From Myxococcales bacterium (lineage in GTDB: Bacteria; Myxococcota_A; Polyangia; Polyangiales; Polyangiaceae): a stretch of DNA of 64,000 bases. Made by a program: the position numbers and the translations under genes. Of the stretch, positions 27,315-36,655 are shown in pieces (within the stretch, counting starts at the first letter, position 1; every line of letters starts with the position of its first letter). The notes below the pieces were generated by a model. It was not told the DNA's origin. It saw nothing but the letters and a program-made list of their open reading frames with translations, and ran no database searches. The stretch lies in the NCBI GenBank assembly GCA_947473045.1, contig CANJCO010000013.1, positions 14,038 through 78,037 on the forward strand. Direction: 5' to 3'.

Positions 27315-28727
27315 CTACCAGGGGCACGTGGCGAGCGTGAGCACGGCGAGCAGCTTGGCCCTGACGACAGTGAACTCCTGAAGCGCGAGGCCGATTTCAG
27401 CCTGCCTCAGGGCAGCGGCCGCGGAGACCAACTCGAGGCTCGTGCCCGCGCCGGCTACGTATCCAGCCTGCGTAAGTCGGTCGGTGTCGGCCGCGAGCGC
27501 GCGCGCGTCGGCGGCGACCTTTCTCGACTGTTCCGCGACCTCGACCCCGCGCCGGGCCTGATCGATCTGCACCTGCGCGCCGCGCCGAAGTGACTCGAAA
27601 CGTTGCTGAGCCTCGTCTTCCAGCGCGCGCGTGTCGCGCAGCAGACCGTACCGGTTGCCGCCGTCCCACAGGCTCCACGACAGCACCGCCTGAATGTTCC
27701 ACGTCGTGCTCGGCGACGCGCCTGTATCGATGGTCGTCGTCGAGATGGCGCTCTGGGCGCTGAGAACGGGCGAAAATTGGGCCTGCACATCGCGAACGCC
27801 TTGATGCGCGACGGCGACGCGCAGCTGCGCTGCCGCGAGGTCGGGGCGCTCATCGAGCTTCGCCGCGGGTTTGCAGGAGGCGAGGGCGAGGGTGGCGATG
27901 CCGTCGAGGTCGACGCCGCGGGCCACGCCTACGGCTTCTGCCACGCCGAGCGCGAGGCCGAGCGCTTCGCGGCCTTGACGCACCGATTCGTCCCCCGTGA
28001 TGAGGGTCGCCCGAGCGCTCTCGACGTCCTGCCTGGCGCGGATGACGTCGAGGCCGGTGGCGGCCCCAAGCGCATTCTTCCGCTTCGTGAGGTCGAGCCT
28101 TTGCAGCGCGCTTTTGAGGCCCACGCGGTTGAGCTCGGAGATGCGCTCGGCGGTGACGGCTCCGACGATGGCGTTGGCGACGTTGAGGGCGATGTTGCGC
28201 TTGGCGTCTTCTACCGAGAGCCTGGCTACGTTTTCGTTAATCGAGGCGGTCGTCAGCGCGTTCCACGCGCGCGGAACGACGAGCGGCATGCCCACGATGA
28301 GATTTCCCGTCGCGTAGTTCAAGTTCGGCGACTGAACTTGGCTGAACGTAGGCGTTCCTCCCGCGCCGAGTCCGCTGATCTGGGAGGTCGTATTCGTGAT
28401 GAAGTTGTGAGTTCCCGTGGCGCTGCCCGTTAGCGTTGGCAACACTCCGGCCAGTGCCTGCCGGCTCTGTGCCTCGGCCCTGGCCACCTCGAGTTGGGCG
28501 ATTTTCAGGTCCACCGAGCGCGCGCGAATATACCCGAGCGCGTCATCCCACGATGCGACCGAGCGCGCAGCCGGCTGAATCGGCTGCAGCATCGCGTCGT
28601 CGGGAGCGGGCGCATCGGGGAGCTGCACGGCCGGCGCCGGCAAGGGCGCCGTGGACGCGGGCGGATGCTGCGCGAGGGCGAGTGAAGGGGCGAGGAGAAT
28701 AAAGGTCGCGAGCCACGTCTGGCGCAT
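27315..28727 (-). CDS. TolC-family outer membrane efflux protein
   Basis: Signal MRQTWLATFILLAPSLALA, then WDDALGYIRARSVDLKIAQLEVARAEAQSRQA and a duplicated OEP repeat. Convergent with the previous gene, 6 bp apart. Confidence 0.8.
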   Translation of the reverse strand: MRQTWLATFILLAPSLALAQHPPASTAPLPAPAVQLPDAPAPDDAMLQPIQPAARSVASWDDALGYIRARSVDLKIAQLEVARAEAQSRQALAGVLPTLTGSATGTHNFITNTTSQISGLGAGGTPTFSQVQSPNLNYATGNLIVGMPLVVPRAWNALTTASINENVARLSVEDAKRNIALNVANAIVGAVTAERISELNRVGLKSALQRLDLTKRKNALGAATGLDVIRARQDVESARATLITGDESVRQGREALGLALGVAEAVGVARGVDLDGIATLALASCKPAAKLDERPDLAAAQLRVAVAHQGVRDVQAQFSPVLSAQSAISTTTIDTGASPSTTWNIQAVLSWSLWDGGNRYGLLRDTRALEDEAQQRFESLRRGAQVQIDQARRGVEVAEQSRKVAADARALAADTDRLTQAGYVAGAGTSLELVSAAAALRQAEIGLALQEFTVVRAKLLAVLTLATCPW

Positions 28728-28790
28728 GGCCGATGCCGTAGCGCGTCTGGGGCGCCGATGCCAAGCTGCGCGACCGTTCTTTACCGACCC

Positions 28791-29762
28791 TCAGCGCAGT
28801 CGCGCTCTCGCGTCGGAGCGAGCTCGAACCGCAGGAAGGTGCGCGCGGAGTGTGCGCGCGGCGACGCGGAAGCTCGCGGCGACCTCCGCCAGCGACAGCG
28901 GCAGCTCGGTTTCGGCGACGACTGCGAACGCGACCGCCGCGGCCATGGCCCGCGATTGCTCTGTGGGCCCCCAGGCGAGGAGCGCCTGCGCGAGGTCGAC
29001 CGCCCGCGAGCGCTGGGCCGCGTTGAAGGGCAGCGAGCGCAGTCCGGTGTCGAGCTCACTCATGAGGCGTGCTCGACCGCGGGGCGCCTTCGTGGCGACC
29101 GCTGCGCCCGCGGGCGTCGTGCTACCCGATGCCGCGGCACCGCCCTTGATCCACGCCAGAAGAGCGACGTGCTCGGGCGGCGTGCGACGTCCGGCGCGCG
29201 GTGCGAGAAGTGACGCCGCCCGCTTCAGCTGCCCTGTGCGCGCCAGAGCGTGCGCGAACGACGCGGCGATGTCCGTGCAGTCAGGGCGCGCATCGCAGGC
29301 TCGCTCCAGCCACGGCAGCGCAGAATGGGCACTTCCGAGGGCGACGTCGAGCAGGTGCCCGATGTTGTGGGCGTACGCTGCGTTTTGGGGAGCGTATTGC
29401 AGGGCGCGCTCGTAGGCCGATATCGCAAAGCGGTGGTGGCCCAACTTTGCCTGACAGAACCCCAACACCGCCCATGCGCGCTCGTCGTCCGGACGCGCTC
29501 GGGTCACGCGCCGAGCGTGAAGTGAAGCGCGCCACGGGCAGCGGTCAGCCAGCAGTTCGGCGAGTTGCGTGTGGGCAAAAATCGAGTCGTCACTGCCCTC
29601 AGCGGTCGCGCGCGCGAGCCTGCGTAGCACGGGGAGGATGCGCGTAAGGTCGAGGGCCGCTTCGAGGGCGCGTTCTACGTCGCGACGGAGCGCCGCGGGT
29701 TCGTGCCGTTCTGGCTCCATGCTCGTGCCACTCGGTCTAGCTGCCGTCGCGCGACCCCGCAA
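28791..29762 (-). CDS. TPR-repeat protein, function unknown
   Basis: TPR-like units such as ERAWAVLGFCQAKLGHHRFAISAYERALQYAPQNAAYAHNIGHLL. Last-but-one gene of the minus-strand Hsp70 operon. Confidence 0.6.
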   Translation of the reverse strand: MRGRATAARPSGTSMEPERHEPAALRRDVERALEAALDLTRILPVLRRLARATAEGSDDSIFAHTQLAELLADRCPWRASLHARRVTRARPDDERAWAVLGFCQAKLGHHRFAISAYERALQYAPQNAAYAHNIGHLLDVALGSAHSALPWLERACDARPDCTDIAASFAHALARTGQLKRAASLLAPRAGRRTPPEHVALLAWIKGGAAASGSTTPAGAAVATKAPRGRARLMSELDTGLRSLPFNAAQRSRAVDLAQALLAWGPTEQSRAMAAAVAFAVVAETELPLSLAEVAASFRVAARTLRAHLPAVRARSDARARLR

Positions 29763-29775
29763 CGTGATTTCGCGC

Positions 29776-30570
29776 TCAGCGAAAGCCGATCACGCGCTGT
29801 GCGGATATCTCGAAAAGGATTCGCAGGGTGTCGAGGGCAGACATGCCGCTGACATCGAGAATTTGCTCGAGGCTCGACACGCCGTCGACGAGCGAAAGCA
29901 CGAAGCCGGCGCGATGGTCGAGCGACAGCCATTTCAGTTGCTCCCGCGGCACGAGCACCACCGGAACGCGGTCCATCGGACCGAGGCGCGCTGAGTACAT
30001 CTTCGCGAGCATGTCGCGGCAGCTCTCGCTATAGCTGAGAGCCCCGGCGTGGGAGCCGTCTTCGTCGAGGATCGACTCCGCGACCAGGAGCGCTCCGGAG
30101 TAGTCGCCCAGCGCGAAGCGCTCTTCCATCTCGATGGCCGGATCCGAGGAGAGCTGCGGCGCGGCCGGCGCGTTGTCGCTTCGCGCCAGCGCTACCGCCA
30201 TGTCGCCGCTCGCGGCGGTCGGGGCTCCCGGCGTGACCGCGTTCGCGAGCGAAAGCGGCGAGGCGCCTTCGATGCCGACGTCCGAAATTTTTCGGCGCGG
30301 ATCGGGCGCGAATCCGTAGGGGTTCGTGGGGGCGGGAGGCTCGATCGGTAGCGTGGGCGCCGGATCGAAGTCCTCGAACTCGACTTCTACATCGAGGACG
30401 TCAAAGACTTCATCGATGTCATCAACGGCCACGAACGCGCGCGGCGTCGGTCTCGCCGAGGCGCTCACACCGGGGGGCGATGCGCTTGCAGCTTTCGGAG
30501 CCCACGGGCGATCCGAGTCCGGCGGCACGAACTCGAGATCGCCAAAGATGTCGTCTTCTGTCGTAGGCAT
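29776..30570 (-). CDS. Hypothetical protein: acidic/Pro-rich N-terminus and conserved C-terminal ~50-aa module shared with the J-domain protein
   Basis: 264-aa ORF starting 24 bp downstream of the Hsp70 gene. C-terminal LSLDHRAGFVLSLVDGVSSLEQILDVSGMS. Confidence 0.6.
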   Translation of the reverse strand: MPTTEDDIFGDLEFVPPDSDRPWAPKAASASPPGVSASARPTPRAFVAVDDIDEVFDVLDVEVEFEDFDPAPTLPIEPPAPTNPYGFAPDPRRKISDVGIEGASPLSLANAVTPGAPTAASGDMAVALARSDNAPAAPQLSSDPAIEMEERFALGDYSGALLVAESILDEDGSHAGALSYSESCRDMLAKMYSARLGPMDRVPVVLVPREQLKWLSLDHRAGFVLSLVDGVSSLEQILDVSGMSALDTLRILFEISAQRVIGFR

Positions 30571-30594
30571 GGCGAATCAGTCAGCGCGGCTGCG

Positions 30595-32421
30595 TCAGTG
30601 AGTCTTGGCGACTACGCCTTTGAACATGCGCTGCGTGCGGGCGAGGGCTTCGAGTTGCTCTTTCAGGGCCGCTGCGTCTTTTCGTTCGACCGCCTGCTGC
30701 GTCTTGGCAAGCATGCTGCGCGCCTTGTCGATCGCGTCGCGGCCGAAGTCGCTCGAAGCGACGATTTGCTCGACCTGCGGAAGCAGGCGCTCGATGTCCG
30801 CGCTGAGCTTTTGAGCTTCTTGACGGAAGCCTTCGAACTCCTCCGAAACGCGGCGATCGACGAGGTCGTCTTTCGCGTTGTCCATCATTTGCTTGATTTC
30901 GTCGCGGGTCAGGCCGCTGGTCGCGGTGACCTGAATCGACTGTTCGAGGGCGGTCTCGAGGTCTTTGGCGCGAACGCTGACGATACCGTCGGCGTTGATC
31001 TCGAACGTCACCTCGATTTCGACCTGGCCCTTCGCCGCGCGGCGAAGCCCCGTAAGGATAAACTCTCCGAGCACGTCGGTGTCTTCGGCCTTTTCGTGCT
31101 CGCCCTGCATCACGAGAATCTTCACGGCCGTCTGGTTGTCGCGGCTCGTGGTGAAGATCTTCTGGCGGTTGGTCGGGACCGTCGTATTTTGCGGGATGAG
31201 CTCTTCGAAGTAGCTCCCGAACGTCATGATCCCAAGGGCGTGGGGCGTGACGTCGAGCAGAATCATGTCGTGCTTTTCGTCGACGAGCGCCGAGGCCTGA
31301 ATCGCAGCGCCGAGCGCAACAACCTCGTCGGGGTGGACGCCCTTCGACGGCTCGCGTTCAAAGAAGCCCTGGACCGACTCCTGAACCTTGGGCATTCGCG
31401 TCATGCCGCCCACGAGCAGCACTTCTTCGATTTCGTCCTTCGCGAGGCGCGCATCTTCGAGCGTCTGCCTGCAGATGTCGATCGTGCGCTCGACCAAATC
31501 GAGCGTCAACTCTTCGAGCGTGGCGCGCGAGAGGGCGCGCTGGAGGTGCAGCGCTTCGCTGCGGCCGCTCGAGATGATGAACGGCAGATTAATCTCCGTC
31601 TCGACGGTACCTGAGAGCTCGCACTTGGCTTTTTCAGCGGCGTCCTTGAGGCGCTGCAGTGCCATGCGGTCCTGACGAAGGTCGATGTCGTGCTCCGCCT
31701 TGAAGCCCTGGACGAGCCAGTCGACTACGCGGGCGTCAACGTCTTCGCCGCCGAGGAAGGTGTCGCCGGCGGTGGCGATGACCTTGAATACGCCGTTGGG
31801 CGCGATTTCGAGAATGCTGATGTCGAAGGTGCCGCCGCCAAAGTCATAGACGGCGACCGTTTTTTCGACCGGCCGCCCGAACCCGTAAGAGAGGGCGGCA
31901 GCCGTAGGCTCGTTGATAATTCGAATGACTTCGAGTCCGGCGATTTCTCCGGCGTCTTTGGTCGCCTGGCGCTGGTTGTCATTGAAGTAGGCGGGCACGG
32001 TGATAACCGCCTTCGTGACCGGCTGACCGAGGTAGTCCTCGGCGATGACCTTCATCTCCTGAAGCACCATCGCGCTGATCTCGGGGACGCTGTAGTCCTT
32101 TTCGCGGAGCGCGATTCGTACGTCCTGGTGCGGTCCCTCGACGATGCGGTAGCTCGACGTAGCGACAGTGTTTTTTACCTGCGGCGAAGTCCACTTGCGA
32201 CCGATGAGCCGCTTGGCCGCGCTCACGGTGTTTTCAGCGTTGGTGATCGCCTGGCGCTTCGCGATGTGACCGACGAGCCGCTTGCCGGCCTCGGTGACTG
32301 CGATCATCGAAGGCGTAGTCTTGTATCCGCCGCGATTCGAAATCACGGTCGGTGTGCCGTTCTCGACGATGGCGACGCAAGAATTCGTCGTTCCGAGATC
32401 GATGCCGATGACCTTCTCCAT
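30595..32421 (-). CDS. Hsp70 (DnaK-family) chaperone paralog
   Basis: GIDLGTTNSCVA, DFGGGTFD, LLVGGMTRMP. 608 aa with no EEVD-like tail and no grpE next to it. Confidence 0.9.
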   Translation of the reverse strand: MEKVIGIDLGTTNSCVAIVENGTPTVISNRGGYKTTPSMIAVTEAGKRLVGHIAKRQAITNAENTVSAAKRLIGRKWTSPQVKNTVATSSYRIVEGPHQDVRIALREKDYSVPEISAMVLQEMKVIAEDYLGQPVTKAVITVPAYFNDNQRQATKDAGEIAGLEVIRIINEPTAAALSYGFGRPVEKTVAVYDFGGGTFDISILEIAPNGVFKVIATAGDTFLGGEDVDARVVDWLVQGFKAEHDIDLRQDRMALQRLKDAAEKAKCELSGTVETEINLPFIISSGRSEALHLQRALSRATLEELTLDLVERTIDICRQTLEDARLAKDEIEEVLLVGGMTRMPKVQESVQGFFEREPSKGVHPDEVVALGAAIQASALVDEKHDMILLDVTPHALGIMTFGSYFEELIPQNTTVPTNRQKIFTTSRDNQTAVKILVMQGEHEKAEDTDVLGEFILTGLRRAAKGQVEIEVTFEINADGIVSVRAKDLETALEQSIQVTATSGLTRDEIKQMMDNAKDDLVDRRVSEEFEGFRQEAQKLSADIERLLPQVEQIVASSDFGRDAIDKARSMLAKTQQAVERKDAAALKEQLEALARTQRMFKGVVAKTH

Positions 32422-32489
32422 GATTGCGTCCTTGAGTCCGGCGCTTCGCGTTGGCCGGCAGTGTTCGTTCAGTCGCAGATTCGCAGGCG

Positions 32490-34025
32490 CTACTTGCCTA
32501 CGTGTTTGAGCAATTGGACCACGGTAGCATCACCCGGAGCCAGCAGGAGAGCGGCTTCGAGTTCGCGCTTCGCATTCAGGTTCAGACCGGCCGCCACGTA
32601 GATCTGGGCCAGCGTCACACGGCACGTTACGCTATCGGGCGAAAGCTTGGCGGCGCGCGTAGCGAGTTGGGCCGCTTCGTGAAGGTTTCCGTTGGCTTTG
32701 AGAAGGGCTGCGGCTGCGCGATCGTGGGCCGCGGCGTCGTCGGGAAGGCATTTCACGGCGTTCGCCCAGCTCTTTGCTGCGTCTTTCCAGAGCGCGCTCT
32801 TTTCTTGAAATGCGGCTTGTCGCCGGTAGCTCTCGCCCAACTCGGTCGTCGCGGCGGCCAGCACCGATTCGAGTGCGGGGCGCAAGTCGTGCGTGGGGGG
32901 GGTCAACTCCAGCGCCTGCCTGCACGCGCTGGCGGCGGCCGCAGCATCGTCGCGCTCGAGCGCCGCTTCGGCCGCGGTCAGGTGCCCGGCGATGACGCGA
33001 TCGCGCGCGCCCGAAACCCGGTCTTCATAGTGGCGCCTGAGCGCGTCGGGGTCGATTGAGTGCGTTATGGGCGCGGCGGGCGCGGGCGGCGCGTGCGCGT
33101 GCCGCGAACCGACGAGGCGTCGCGCGAAGGCATCGCGCCTCGACTGGTCCGAGACGGTGAGCTTCGGCGCAGCATCGTCGGCTGCCGCTCGCGCACTCGC
33201 GGCGTCGGTGGGCGGCTCGGGCGAGGCCGGCATCAAGACGGTGGCGGTCGCCGCGATCGGAGCGCGCTGCGACGCTTCGTGCTTTTCGGTCTTCGACCGG
33301 TCGTCGAGGTAGCGATCGTAGTCTTCGCGCAAATCGCGGCGCGTCAGCGTGTCGTGCGCGAGCGTCATTCGCCCGAACACTGCCTCCATCTTTGACTTGA
33401 ACGACCCGAGTCGCTTTCCAAAAAATTTGTCGGGATGGTATTCGGTCGCGAGCGCGTAGTAGGCGCGCTTGATGGACTTCTTGTCGGCGGCGGCCGGGAT
33501 GCCCAAAAGGGCATAATAGTCGAGCGCTTCGAGCCCGTGAAAGACGTCGAGAATGCGCTGTCGCAGCGCACGGTCGAGGTCGACGTCCTCGTCGATTTCG
33601 GAGGGGTCGTACAGCGCGCGCGGTGGCTTGAGATCGTCGCGACGAAGGTCGCCCGTCGACGAGCGCCGCCGCGCCGCGGGCTGCTCGCTGACAGGCTTGG
33701 TTTTTACGGCTTCGATGCGCGGACTGCTCGCGGTCGCAGGAGGCGTTTTCGGGGCGACGGAAGCGCGCTCGCATGTGGCCAGCTTCAGCTCGACGAGCTT
33801 GTCGAGCGAAGCGCTCACCACAGGCTCGGTCAGGCCTGTCATGGCGATCAGGTCCGCGACGCTGGCCTGTCCGTCTACCCGCGAGATCAGGTACCCGTCG
33901 ATCGGCCCGAGCGGATAGTCGCGCAACAGTTTGCCCGCAGGCAGGGGCAGCAATCGGGGAATGCGGCTGGCGTCGGTCACGATGTGGGAGTGTGAGGCGC
34001 CGTCGCGGAGCCTGGAACGAAACAT
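32490..34025 (-). CDS. J-domain protein with N-terminal conserved module and C-terminal TPR repeats
   Basis: J domain DYYALLGIP...KRAYYALATEYHPDKF (HPD present). TPR-like C-terminus. ORF extends to 34085; Met at 34025 is preferred because of a G-rich stretch upstream. Confidence 0.8.
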   Translation of the reverse strand: MFRSRLRDGASHSHIVTDASRIPRLLPLPAGKLLRDYPLGPIDGYLISRVDGQASVADLIAMTGLTEPVVSASLDKLVELKLATCERASVAPKTPPATASSPRIEAVKTKPVSEQPAARRRSSTGDLRRDDLKPPRALYDPSEIDEDVDLDRALRQRILDVFHGLEALDYYALLGIPAAADKKSIKRAYYALATEYHPDKFFGKRLGSFKSKMEAVFGRMTLAHDTLTRRDLREDYDRYLDDRSKTEKHEASQRAPIAATATVLMPASPEPPTDAASARAAADDAAPKLTVSDQSRRDAFARRLVGSRHAHAPPAPAAPITHSIDPDALRRHYEDRVSGARDRVIAGHLTAAEAALERDDAAAAASACRQALELTPPTHDLRPALESVLAAATTELGESYRRQAAFQEKSALWKDAAKSWANAVKCLPDDAAAHDRAAAALLKANGNLHEAAQLATRAAKLSPDSVTCRVTLAQIYVAAGLNLNAKRELEAALLLAPGDATVVQLLKHVGK

Positions 34026-34226
34026 ACCCCCACATCCGCGTCGGTCGCCATGTGAAATCGGCCGACGCTGTGATGTGCGCCTCACAGGACGCTCGAAAAC
34101 GTCCCGTTAGCCGTTCATCTCGGGGAGGCATGCACCTCCCCGCCCGGAAAAACGCGGCTTTTCGTGGTCCCCACCCCACGCGATTCGCTTTGCGAAGCTC
34201 GAGCAGGGTGTTTTTCCAGCGCCCGG

Positions 34227-35168
34227 CTAAAGCGCAGGATGCGCATCCCAGCGCGGGTGCATCCATGGCCACAGCTCGGGCGCCGTGAGGATCCGGCGCG
34301 ACAGCTCGTCGTTGATGACTCGGGTGAGCTCGAGCGCCGGGTCGAGCGCGTCGCTGGCGCGTACGTGAACACGCGTCGCGGTGATCGTCAGGCCTCCACC
34401 GGTGCGCTCGAGTGAGCAGACCACCACGGGCGCGCGGGAACGCAGCGCGATCCGCGCCGGCCCGATGGCTGTCGGGGCGCTCAGCCCAAGGAAAGGCACA
34501 GGCGCTGAAGGGACGCGCGATCGCAGGTCCATCGGCGCCCCGAGCACATCCCCCGCCCGCAGGGCCCGGACGATGCGAATGGCGGCGTGGGGACTGCCGC
34601 GCGGAATCGTCCGTACGCCGGCCGCTGCGCGGACCCCGCCAAGAAGCACGTCGAGCCTCGGATCATAGCTCTCGCGCACGAGCGTGACGAGCGGCACGCC
34701 TCGGGCGACGAGCGTCGCGGCGACCCGTTCCCACGGGCCGAGATGGGCGCTCGGGAGGATGACCCCGCGACCTTCCGCGCGCGCGGAATTAATGGTCGCG
34801 AGCGCGCCTTCCGACATGGTGAGGAGCGCGACGGGGGACCTGCTCGCTGCGACGGTTTCGCCCAGCGCGATCCCCAGCTGCCGGAAGCACGCGCGTACGA
34901 GCGCCCGCGCTTGACCTTCCGTAAGCTCCGGCAGCGCGCGCCGAACATGCGCGATCGCGCGGCTCCGCTCGGACGCCAGAACCGCGTGTCCCATGGCCCC
35001 TACGGCGCGACCGAGCAGGGCGAGGGCGCGTGCCGGCAAGCGCCCGCACAGCCACCAGGCGCTCGTCGCCGCGACGAAAATGGCGTCGTTTTTCAATTGC
35101 TGCGCGCCCGACCAGCGCCCACCCTCGCGCACGTCCCGCAGGCTTAGCGCGCCGGACATCGCCCGCAC
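34227..35168 (-). CDS. Lipid A biosynthesis (LpxL/HtrB-family, lysophospholipid) acyltransferase
   Basis: Family-typical layout: N-terminal hydrophobic anchor, a GVILPSAHLGPWE (HX4-type) region, and a later VPFLG..A.T..GPARIAL segment. Confidence 0.75.
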   Translation of the reverse strand: MRAMSGALSLRDVREGGRWSGAQQLKNDAIFVAATSAWWLCGRLPARALALLGRAVGAMGHAVLASERSRAIAHVRRALPELTEGQARALVRACFRQLGIALGETVAASRSPVALLTMSEGALATINSARAEGRGVILPSAHLGPWERVAATLVARGVPLVTLVRESYDPRLDVLLGGVRAAAGVRTIPRGSPHAAIRIVRALRAGDVLGAPMDLRSRVPSAPVPFLGLSAPTAIGPARIALRSRAPVVVCSLERTGGGLTITATRVHVRASDALDPALELTRVINDELSRRILTAPELWPWMHPRWDAHPAL

Positions 35169-35617
35169 GCAACCTCGACCCGCGATCGCGCGGCGCTAGC
35201 CCGCTGCAGCACCCGCGCGCACTCGTCGGAGCCTTGCTCCATTTGACAAATATGCGTCGCGGCGGTCTCGAGCGACGAAAGGGCGCGGCAGGCTGCGACG
35301 CAGTCGCCGAGCGACGCGAACACCGCGGTTTCCGTTCCCCCAAAGTCGGCCAGCGCCCGCTGCGCATCGGCGCGCGCGCTGTCAACAGGAGCTGCGCCAG
35401 CCTGCGGAGTCGCGCTCTTGCTGGCGGCCCCTGAGGGGCTCACCGACGCTGAGTCTTCAGCTTGCATGGCGGGCGCTGCGGGAGCCGCCGAGGACTCGGT
35501 GACCGCCGCTGGCGCTCCTGCCGGACTCGCAGCGGGGGCCATCGCCCCTCCGCACGCGATCGAGACGAGCGACAAGAATGCAATATGCACACAAATGGAA
35601 CGCGCGCGTTGGTTCAT
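35144..35617 (-). CDS. Hypothetical lipoprotein
   Basis: Signal/lipobox FLSLVSIAC-G, Ala/Pro/Ser-rich linker, Cys-containing C-terminus. ATGA overlap with the upstream gene (35614-35617). Confidence 0.5.
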   Translation of the reverse strand: MNQRARSICVHIAFLSLVSIACGGAMAPAASPAGAPAAVTESSAAPAAPAMQAEDSASVSPSGAASKSATPQAGAAPVDSARADAQRALADFGGTETAVFASLGDCVAACRALSSLETAATHICQMEQGSDECARVLQRASAARSRVEVACGRCPAR

Positions 35618-36168
35618 GGGCCAGCCTCCGGCGTGCGCTCGCGCACGATTCGCTCTTGAATGGAGACCGCCTGACGCAGTCGGTCGAGCGCCTGCTCCCG
35701 GGCCGCGCTCGCGTTTTCGCGCTGCCCTGCGTCGGCGAGCGCGTTGGCCCGCATCTCGAAAGCGATGCCCTGGAGTTCGAGCAAGTGGCCTCGAAAAAAG
35801 GTGGGCGCATCGGCAAAGGCGAGGCCTTCATCGAGCCGCGCCAGGGCGGCGGTGTCGCGGTTTCGCCCCAGCTCGAATTCCGCGATTCGCGCGCACGTAT
35901 CGGCCAGCACTTCGCGCACTTCGGGCACCGTCGGGTCGGCCGGACGGGGCGCCGCGATCAGCGCCTCGAGCGCGCCGATCGCGCCCGGAATGTCGCCTTG
36001 TGCGTCACGGACGTTGGCCTCGTGGTGCCGCGCTCGGGCCATCGACAAAAAGGCCATTGTGGGTCCGTCAATCGCGTGCTCCCCCGCGTCGCTGCGGGCG
36101 CTATCGAACGGCCTGCTGCACGCCGCGAGCGTGAGCGCGAACGCAAAAAACCGCAGGCGCGCGCTCAT
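35614..36168 (-). CDS. Hypothetical helical (TPR-like) lipoprotein
   Basis: MSARLRFFAFALTLAAC-S lipobox. ATG at 36168 forms an ATGA overlap with the anti-sigma stop (36165-36168). Confidence 0.5.
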   Translation of the reverse strand: MSARLRFFAFALTLAACSRPFDSARSDAGEHAIDGPTMAFLSMARARHHEANVRDAQGDIPGAIGALEALIAAPRPADPTVPEVREVLADTCARIAEFELGRNRDTAALARLDEGLAFADAPTFFRGHLLELQGIAFEMRANALADAGQRENASAAREQALDRLRQAVSIQERIVRERTPEAGP

Positions 36169-36641
36169 CGCACCCCCCACTGCGCGAAGCGGTTGTCGCG
36201 GAGGTCGGCCTGGCGCGCGACCGCGATTCGGTCGATGCGCGCCGAGGCGGCGCCGGCCTGGAACGGCTGGTCGAAGAGCGCCTGGGTCGAGCGCGCTGCT
36301 GCGAGCCGCGTGGGGCCCGTCGGAGTCGGCGAGGTTCGCACGAGCAGCGCCAGCGCCGCGGCAACGCTCAGCGCCGCGGCGACGCCAAACGACACCCGAC
36401 GCACGACGCTGCCGCGATCTGCTGCGCGAGGGCGGGTGAGGGCTCTGGAGATGAGGGCCTCATGCTCGCGTTGCTCGAGCGCCGTAGGGGCGTGCGCCAG
36501 CGCAACTGCGCGCAGGAACGTCGCGTCGGCGTGGCCGCTCGGCCGATCGAGCGCGGCGGCAAGCGCGCTGGCCGCGGCACGCTCTTCGTCGGAGCAGGCC
36601 GCGAGATCGTCGGGAGGCGATTCGTCATGTGTGTCGACCAC
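36165..36641 (-). CDS. Putative anti-sigma factor (single-pass membrane protein)
   Basis: Starts 14 bp after the ECF sigma stop. One TM helix, VSFGVAAALSVAAALALLV. Assignment is by position and topology only. Confidence 0.55.
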   Translation of the reverse strand: MVDTHDESPPDDLAACSDEERAAASALAAALDRPSGHADATFLRAVALAHAPTALEQREHEALISRALTRPRAADRGSVVRRVSFGVAAALSVAAALALLVRTSPTPTGPTRLAAARSTQALFDQPFQAGAASARIDRIAVARQADLRDNRFAQWGVR

Positions 36642-36655
36642 GATGTCCCTCCTTT

